This document shows, piece after piece, positions 56,501-64,000 of a stretch of 64,000 bases of DNA. The notes beneath the pieces were generated by a model. That model saw only the letters and a list, made by a program, of their open reading frames with translations, was not told the origin of the DNA and ran no database searches. This DNA is from Macrostomum lignano (taxonomy: Eukaryota): positions 62,001 to 126,000 of the forward strand of contig NIVC01000405.1 in assembly GCA_002269645.1 (NCBI GenBank), read 5' to 3'. Every line of letters begins with the position of its first letter. The first letter of the stretch is position 1. The position numbers were made by a program, and so were the translations under genes.

Positions 56501-57252
56501 TCGTGATTGCATCAACTATAAAGGTAATTTTCTACACTTCTTTTGCATTTTTATAATTTTGGGTGCCCCATAAGTCTCCAATGCAAGTTTTAGAAAAATC
56601 GAAAAATCAGAAGTATTTTATCAACATAAACTTGAAGAAGTCCCGCCCCTGTCTCATGATGGGCGCCCCTGTCTCATGATGGGCGCCCCTGTCTCATGAC
56701 GGACGCCCCTGTCTCATGATGGGCGCCCCTGTCTCATGATGGGCGCCCCAGTCTCTTGGTTATTGAGTTAAAAATCATCACCGAAAATGTCACAGAAGAA
56801 TGCTTATTGAGGTCGAGGATGAGCAAATGAAATTATGAAATCAGTTTGATTCAATCGATCTCACCAACAATCAGAGACGAAACCACCAGCGGAATGGTCA
56901 TCATTTTAAACATGTTCATCATCAGAACGCCCGGGAAACCAATTATCAGTATGGTTCGATCGCTTAGATTGACATTACGGAGCAGTGCTCCGATCATTGA
57001 GCCAAGCACTACAGCTAGTACGGTGAGCATGGTTAAAATGTTGTCAGTGTTGCGAAACCAGCTGACAACAATTGCTTCTTGAGATTCTGCTGCTTGCTGT
57101 TGCTGCTGATGAGGCGTTTGTCGATGTTGCTGCTGTTCTACCGGCTGCTGCTCAACTTTCCGTTCAGGTTCGCTATCGATGACGAAGTCCTGTCTCTGCA
57201 ATTGCTTCGATTCGCCCGACTGAATGCTTGGACTTTTATCCGGTTCCACCAT
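50537..57252 (-). CDS. SLC1/EAAT glutamate transporter paralog B (canonical TM7/TM8 motifs), about 539 aa, 8 exons
   Basis: Exons 57252-56865, 55249-55039, 54307-54150, 54066-53940, 52792-52364, 51516-51382, 50777-50644, 50574-50537 (1620 nt = 540 codons). Motifs [52 protein letters not shown]. The start ATG is inferred as the first in-frame ATG. Confidence 0.9.
50820..51110. repeat. 12-bp minisatellite (GGTCTAACAGGT), EAAT-B intron 6
   Basis: Direct inspection. Confidence 0.95.
51560..52200 (+). mobile_element. Second copy of the LINE-like 3' end with a CT tail (17-bp CTCCTCTCCCCACCTCG units), EAAT-B intron 5
   Basis: Homology to 1-78; the 5' boundary is uncertain. Confidence 0.5.
52930..53830. 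repeat. 25-bp minisatellite (GAGCACATCCTCATTTTATTATTAT), EAAT-B intron 4
   Basis: Direct inspection. Confidence 0.95.
54327..54954. mobile_element. MITE-like element with imperfect terminal inverted repeats, EAAT-B intron 2
   Basis: ACTACTCAAATAGAAGGACGGG...GGTTTTCGCCGAAAAATACACTACGGA on the left is mirrored by TCCGTAATG...TTTTCGGCGAAAACC...CCCGTCCTCCTACTTGAGTAGT on the right. No clear TSD. Confidence 0.55.
55400..55540. repeat. 20-bp minisatellite (GGGCGCCCCTGTCTCATGAT), left part
   Basis: Direct inspection. Confidence 0.9.
55541..56644. mobile_element. Non-autonomous TIR element (about 1.1 kb) splitting the 20-bp minisatellite
   Basis: Left end GGGACTTTTTCAAGTTTAATGTTGATAAAAT (55541-55571) is the near-perfect reverse complement of right end ATTTTATCAACATAAACTTGAAGAAGTCCC (56615-56644). 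Internal tandem duplication of about 165 bp (about 55675-56000). Confidence 0.7.
56645..56755. repeat. 20-bp minisatellite, right part
   Basis: Same unit as 55400-55540. Confidence 0.9.
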
Positions 57253-60200
57253 TGCGCGGTCCTCTAGCTCGGCAGCTTTTATTTCTTCTCGAGTATCCAA
57301 GTTGGTGTAATGTTAAACAGTATCATACACGAAAAGTAAAACGTATTGTGAACTGAGACTGGATGTGTTTGTGTATTTAAAAAGTCTCACCTATTGCTTA
57401 AGTTTAATGCGACTTACTGCTGCCTTTGGTACGAGTCTATGGTACGAACTCACTGAGATTGCTCTTTTGTCACATGATTTGACGTCCATGAGATGCTTGC
57501 GTTCCTCTTTGAGTCGGGCCAGATCCCCTCAGCACAGATCGTCATCGTTATGACAGATTTCATTAGTTCAAACAGACACGAATCATCTTCAAACTTTAAA
57601 ATTAATCGAGCGAATAGAATCCCTAAAACACATTAGAACTGTTGTCCCCACAGCACATTAAGAGCGTAGAACGAACTCCAAACCAGCACATTTAGGTAAA
57701 GTGTTATAGTTAATTGAATGTTGGGCTTAGTGAGCCATAGTGTGTGATATATAACTTGCATTGCTTTTAGAACACACAGGCTGTACATACGTAAAACACA
57801 TACGTACATATTGAAACTGGCATTGCTTTGCAAAATCGAGTAACTTCATTTTCTTCATGGATGTTTCATATGTCTCACTACACATGTAGTCTACTGTATA
57901 AACGTTAGAAAATGAAGTCAATAAATAACTGCAATTAGCTGACTGTTTTCGGACAACCACAAATTTATATTTGCTTATGATTTTTGTAAATATATATTAT
58001 TAATAATATGACGAACCCAGAGGTATAACAGAGTAAAAAAAGTTTTTTTTCGTAAAAATTTCTGGGCAATATAAAATATAGTGATAGGTGAAAAATAACA
58101 GCATATGATGCACAGAGAGGGCTTCAAATGGCATAAAAGTTTTCTTTGAAAAAAATAGTCTATTGAGGTTGCCGAAAATTTTCTCCGTATAAAAACAATA
58201 ACCAATGAACTAAAATATTACGTAAACACATTGTGAACGGTGATGTGGTGTGAAGATTATAACAATTACAAAATCTGCACTCAGTATGTATTTTAGAAAT
58301 TATTTAAAAAGTATTCACCTTGAAAACTTTTAAAAGCTGATAAATACTTTTTAAATACGAGCTATCTAGAAGATGCAGGTCACAACAAATCGAAGAGTAA
58401 ACAAAATTTACGAACAAAAGCTACAAGAATAGTCAGCTAGGGTCTAATTTTCGTAGTCTAGGATAATAAATAGACATGATTATGCGGGACGGGGGGCTTA
58501 CAAGTATAAAATGTAAAAAGCACAAAACATTTGTTTAACTGGCCGTAATTAAAAGAATAAAACAAATTTAATTGTCCGTGCAGCAATAGAACGCAACAAA
58601 ATTTGACAAATTAGGACCACTGAAAAATGAGGAACCTGCGTATTGAGAGTGGTTAACACAAATTGATGATGATTTTCGATGTATTCGATTTAGATTATGC
58701 GTTAAATATGAAAGAGTGAGAAAATTTTAGTTTTTTTCTAAATTTCGCAATTTAATATATTCGGTTTTAATGATCAGGTTGATATCAGTTTGATTCAAAA
58801 GTTTCTTCAGAAAGATTTGATTAAAACAAATTTTGAGCCGTATGCCTACTTCGATAACGCTTTTAAACCATTGAAAGTATTAAGCAATTAAGGGATTATA
58901 GTTTAAAATAATTTAATAATCTGAATTTTGCTTTCACACTCTTTGTAGGCTTTAAGAATACGGCTCCAATAGCAAGGTGAGAACAATTGACTCACTTTTG
59001 ATTCGACTAAAAAGATGCGTTTAAAGTTTTGTGATTAGAGACATTAGATACATGCAAATTAGCTAACAAAAGAAATTCTGCACCAAACGGAAACATAGCA
59101 TTTGGGCGTTTCATTTATAGTAGCAATAATTTGTAGATTTGTAACACCATATTGCAAGCTGTTTTCTCATTGCACGTTACGTAGCTAAAATTGATGAGCC
59201 TGTTGTGTTACTTACTCAAGAGAGGTGAGTACAAATATAGGCAGTAAAAAATCAAAAACTAATTCATGAAAATATTATACAGCAACAGAAATACACGTAA
59301 CCCTGCAAGGGGGACATTCAATCTCTCAAGTACTCATAGCCGCGTACAGCGATCCGACGTTCCGACAAATATATGTACTTTTTCATCAGCCGATGTAATA
59401 ATGTAAACGCACATATTTCGCTGTATGGGATACCTGCAATTACGAGCTTTGACACGTGTTTTGTTAACACTTGAGACAAACTTACTCGGGAAGTGGCACC
59501 ACGTACTCTCAGAAATTTAGATTGCCGACAGTAAATTTAATATCGTTTGTAGCTCGGTTCGAATGTATTTTTACAGGTGTCACAAAAGCAGGATTTTCCC
59601 TCGGGAGCGGATTTTACCGAGAATTAAACCTGCTGGGATTGATTCTATGCTAATTTCATTTTTCAATTACCAAATGAGAACGCGGTTTATCACTTTGCTC
59701 TTTTGCTACACTCATGGTTGCAGATGATGCGTGCTAGCAAAACGGACTTATACACAATAGTATAAAAATTAAAATATGACGAGGTACACAAGTGCGTTTG
59801 TACATAATGCAGACAAAATAAAAGACGATAAAAAAATGTTTGCCAACATCGAATCAGTTAAAATTCAGACAAAGATGATATAAAAATATCTTGCGAGTTG
59901 CGCAAGCAATATATATGAGACGATAATTCTGGTAAAAAAACTTGTACAATAAAGTTGGTTAAACTGCAAACAGAGGTAACAAAACGAGGTCACAAGTCCG
60001 GATGAATTTCGGGCGTTAAGAAACTAATGAATTTTTATCACGAAGAAAGTATCATAATTATATGTAGGCATGATTCAATCGTGCTTATATGAACGTTGTT
60101 GCAGTCCTTCAATATTGTACATTAAAACAATAGATTACACACAAACTCCTAGCTATTCACAAGTTAAAGAAAGTTTTTGCAAATTTATTGGTGAAGGATA

Positions 60201-61339
60201 GCAGAAGCTAGATTAACAAAGGAACAAAAAGTTCAAAGGTCATCTTAGTGAAAAAACACAAATTTATGCTGGAATTGTTTTGCTTTGTCAACAAGGTTTT
60301 GTGAAGTTTTTTCTTAAAAAAACTCCGATATTTGATTATTACAACTGATATTCCTAACTTATACTTCAGAGTATAGGTTAGGAACTGATATCTGTGACTG
60401 GAAAGGTTCTGCTAAAAATTAATGTCCTGTGTTTCGTCTTTGTTACTGCGGAATGAATGGAATAGTTCCATGCTATTCACAAAGCCGATTATAAAAATTG
60501 TAAAAAAGGACAAACTCACAAATGAAAATGAGTGAAACCAGGACTATAAGCTATATAGGGTTTGTTGCAAGAAACACAAAATCTTTTCTCTCCCTCAGAC
60601 TGGCTCGGTCTCAACTGATATTACTATTGTCTAAGTCTATATACACATGTAATAGCAACTCACTGCCACTTAATCGCCTCCTTCAAACTCTTAGGTAAGC
60701 GACGCCTGGTGCTCGACTCCTGCTCTGCCTCCGTCATGCGGTGCGTCTGCGTTCGCGATAAAATGGGAAAACAAGGGTTGGACGCAGGTGGCAAATAAGC
60801 AGTTGCTATTAGGCGTGCAAGCTAGCGAGCGCGAGCAAAGCCAATAAGCAGCAATTATTAAAGTTTGACAACAAGGGAGCAACATGATCTAGAGTACGCT
60901 GTGTACATGTACTTCTGATAGCTAAACTATGCACTTTTTAAATACTGTATAGTCAAGTCTGTTTTAAATTAAGAATGCAATCCAATCATACTTAGAACAA
61001 GATAATTCATAATTAATTGATTATTTTATCAAATCAGAAATATTACTAAAAAGTTTCAGTGCACCTAATTGCACCGAAAAATTTGCTGATTCGTGCACCG
61101 CTAAAGCGCTTTTTTATACTCTCCTACGATATACATTCTACAAACGAATTGTATAAAAGAATAAGTTATGAACATGCAGTTAGTCATGCAAAAAACAGCA
61201 AATAAAAGTGTTTAAAATCCAAAATAAGTACTACAGTAAATACGTGATATAGATACGGAATTAAAATTCCTGCAAAAAATTGTGCACTAGCTATACTTCT
61301 TACTGGTTTCATGCAACCTAAGCTTAGTTATAAGCCGTT

Positions 61340-61480
61340 CAAACACTGCAACATCAGCCATCCAATTCTGCAACATCAGCCATCCAATTCTGCAACATCA
61401 GCCATCCAGTGCTGTGCAGCCATCCAGTGCTGCAACATCAGCCATTTAATGCTGCAACATCAGCCATCCAACTTTGCAAC
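61340..61480. repeat. About 22-bp degenerate tandem repeat (CTGCAACATCAGCCATCCAATT)
   Basis: Direct inspection. Confidence 0.8.
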
Positions 61481-62691
61481 ACCAGGTATTGAGCTGTATA
61501 ATAATAGCTCATCTATATACGTTGGCTTATTAGTCCCTCAAGTACACATAATAACAACTGGTGCAATATTTTTTAACGTAAATGTAACTATTCAACATTA
61601 GCATGGGTATTTAATTCACTGTTTTTCGATACTGAAACCAATTTTAATGCTAAATTAATGGTGTATTTTAATAAATTAACAATTATGGGATGAAGTGTCG
61701 CTGACTAAGACAGTCACTCCAAATGTGTGCAGTTAAACAAATATTTTGCGAAAAGATATCGGAATGGCAGTTAGCAACAATAATCCGGTATTGTATCGGT
61801 TTTTAATCAGCACAGGGCATCAAGGTATTTACTAAACTTTCTTAACTGGCTACTTATTATAATAAATTTCAAGTAGCATCTATCGGTTTTCGTGCTTAAA
61901 TTTTAGGATAAGGGTCTCGATTAACTAAACAAAAGATCTGAAGGAGGAGAGAGAAATAAAGACTGTGTGTTCCGGACACTCATGTAATATATAATGCCAT
62001 GAATTAAATAAGATTAATTTGTTTATCGGTATCCAGTTTGTGCAGCTAATTGAATTATAATTTGGTTACGGTTAGCCTCAAAATAAACAAGTTATTCAAA
62101 AATTCGTGATAGCTGAAAACTATATAACAAAAACCGTGCTTATCTAGAATAGTTTTAACAAAGGGTTCATTGATGAATATATAATTCATTCAATTCGAAT
62201 GAAAACACACATGGTCATTTGAATTGTCAATAGATATTATAAAACAGTGACAATATCATGCAGCCAATGAAACCTTAAACTTGAACTTGGATGATTTCTT
62301 AGCTCAGATAACAACTCATATTATTATTGCATTCATGCGATTAGCTAATCTTAGCAATATGACCTTTCTTGTTCTTGTTGATCTCTAAAAGAGTCCGTGC
62401 AAAAATGAATTCAAATTTTTCTTTACACTTTTAACGTCCCTATATTTATGAAGTCACTTTTTATAGTTTCGTACTTTCGGGATTAGTTTGGTAAAAATTA
62501 CGCATCATCATCCAGGTATTTAATTAATCCCTAATTAAGAGATCCTATCATATAGATATCAATATTAATTAAAGATCCCAAATGTACTCGTACTTTCGAC
62601 GATGTATACCAAAGTGTCATTCACGTAAAGTGACTCCCTGTGTATGAACATTCTCTAGTTACTATTGTCCCTATACATTCATTCGCTACAC

Positions 62692-63076
62692 TCAATACAT
62701 TGGCTGCTCAACTCGCAGCTCGTTGCCTAGCGACCGCTGCCTGCCAGAATTGGTGGCCGGCGCCGTTTCTATGGCTACGGCCGGGTACAAACCTCTCTGA
62801 TGGTGCTGCTCGTTGATCTGCAGAGCCGCGGCCACGCTGAGTCGGCGAGGCTGTCGAGAGTCGCTAGGGCGTCTGGTGCCACCGGCGCTGCTGCCGCCGC
62901 CTCCGCCGCCGCTAAACGAAGCCGTTTCCATGGCAACAGCGGCAGCTTCCATCGCTTCGCGAGCCTCGGCGGCCGCTTCGGCGTCCTGCTTTTGCAGCTC
63001 GCCCCGGCAGAAATGGTCCACAATGCCAGCACCGAAGGCGTCGCCCACAACGTTGATTGACGTCCTCATCCGGTCT
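62692..63076 (-). CDS. SLC1/EAAT paralog C, terminal exon only (rest beyond the window)
   Basis: Acceptor CCCCAG|A then [23 protein letters not shown]...*. Same phase-2 intron position as in paralogs A and B. Confidence 0.85.
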
Positions 63077-63239
63077 CTGGGGGTGCGTTGGGCAAGTTTT
63101 AATGAAACTAAATTGACAAAACCAAAGGAAATTTAATTTTGTTTTAGAAAAAAGGAAAATTGTATTCCTAAACTCTCGAAAAAGTGAGTAAAATACTTTT
63201 TGTCATACATAGAGTAACGCTTATGAGGGGGATTTAATG

Positions 63240-63545
63240 TTCGGGGATGGATTTGATTCTTGGGGAGGATTTGATGTTTTGGGGAGAGAACTAGATGTTT
63301 TAGGGTGAATTTGATGTTTGGTGTAAGGAGTTAATGCTTGGGGAAGTATTTGATGTTCGAGGGAGGAGTTGATGTTGGGGGAGGTTTAAGGTTGAGAGAG
63401 GATTTTATGTTTGATGTGAGGGGTTGATTTTCGGTGTGAGGATTTGATATTTGGGGAGGATTCGTGGTGGTAGGATTTGATGTTTGGTGCGAGGTTTTTA
63501 TGTTTGGTGTGAGGGGTTGATGTTGGGAGGATTTGATGTTTTAGA
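63240..63545. repeat. Degenerate G/T-rich repeat (GAGGATTTGATGTTTGG), EAAT-C last intron
   Basis: Direct inspection. Confidence 0.8.
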
Positions 63546-64000
63546 TTAATAACCCACTTGTAAGAGCTCTGGCTAACGCTGCTTTTAAGAAACAGAGTCC
63601 GTCGGAGAGGCGATTCAAGCTCCTGGGACTTTTTACCCATCGCTCCCGTAAGGATATTTTATAAAAGTTACATCCGCAATCCGATTAATCCTTCGAGGAT
63701 AATGAGGGAACTATACGAATGTCTCAGTAGCTGGATAAATGCAACATGACTACAGTTCCGCGTTCATTATTAGTTTCGTGCAGACAAAACATCGCGACCT
63801 GGGCTCTAATTAACGTCTCAGATCTGCTCTGGACACCAAAGTTCTTCCAGCATCGCCTTAGGGGATTGTGCTTCTTCACAGCGGGGGAGGAGGGTTAAAA
63901 CTTTACATGTAGCTAGCCAGAAATATTCCTTAGCTTTTCGAGAGAAAAAAATCAGGACCGCGAGACTGACAAAAAAACCAACGCGGCACAAGCCTCACTG

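Noticed and set aside
57390-57570. Upstream coding exon for EAAT-B
   Set aside because: Candidate donors are out of phase with the available acceptors or carry in-frame stops. At most a 5' UTR exon.
63559-64000. Start of another LTR-like insertion (TGTAAG...)
   Set aside because: It runs off the window, so neither the second terminus nor a TSD can be checked.

Overview
Eukaryotic (metazoan) genomic DNA with spliced genes, GC-rich exons and AT-rich or minisatellite-filled introns. The composition (Q/A-rich proteins, extreme simple-repeat load) suggests a free-living flatworm such as Macrostomum; that is inference only. I reconstructed gene models by hand from GT/GC-AG sites and phase matching, and every complete model gives an integer codon count (SIDT only after restoring one base). 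In order: (1) 3' end of a bMERB-domain MICAL-like gene (+); (2) a remote TAF1C-like Pol I factor (+, 5 exons); (3) a STI1/DP-repeat protein (-); (4) an uncharacterised 441-aa protein (-); (5) a CCDC66-like gene (+, 9 exons, 21285-41873) whose 14.3-kb intron 7 contains (6) a complete antisense SID-1/SIDT-family gene with a 1-nt frameshift in a G run; (7) a head-to-tail array of three SLC1/EAAT paralogs (-). One paralog has lost the conserved NMDGT aspartate and the proton/K+-coupling glutamate, and carries an N-terminal 8-aa tandem repeat and a GC-AG intron. Nearly every long intron holds a private minisatellite; several begin exactly at, and resemble, the adjacent splice donor or stop codon. 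Also present: a probable solo LTR, two MITE-like elements, SINE-like relics and a repeated LINE-like 3' end with CT tails. Most ORFs in the supplied track are repeat artefacts. All family assignments are from remembered motifs; no database searches were run. Repeat coordinates are approximate.
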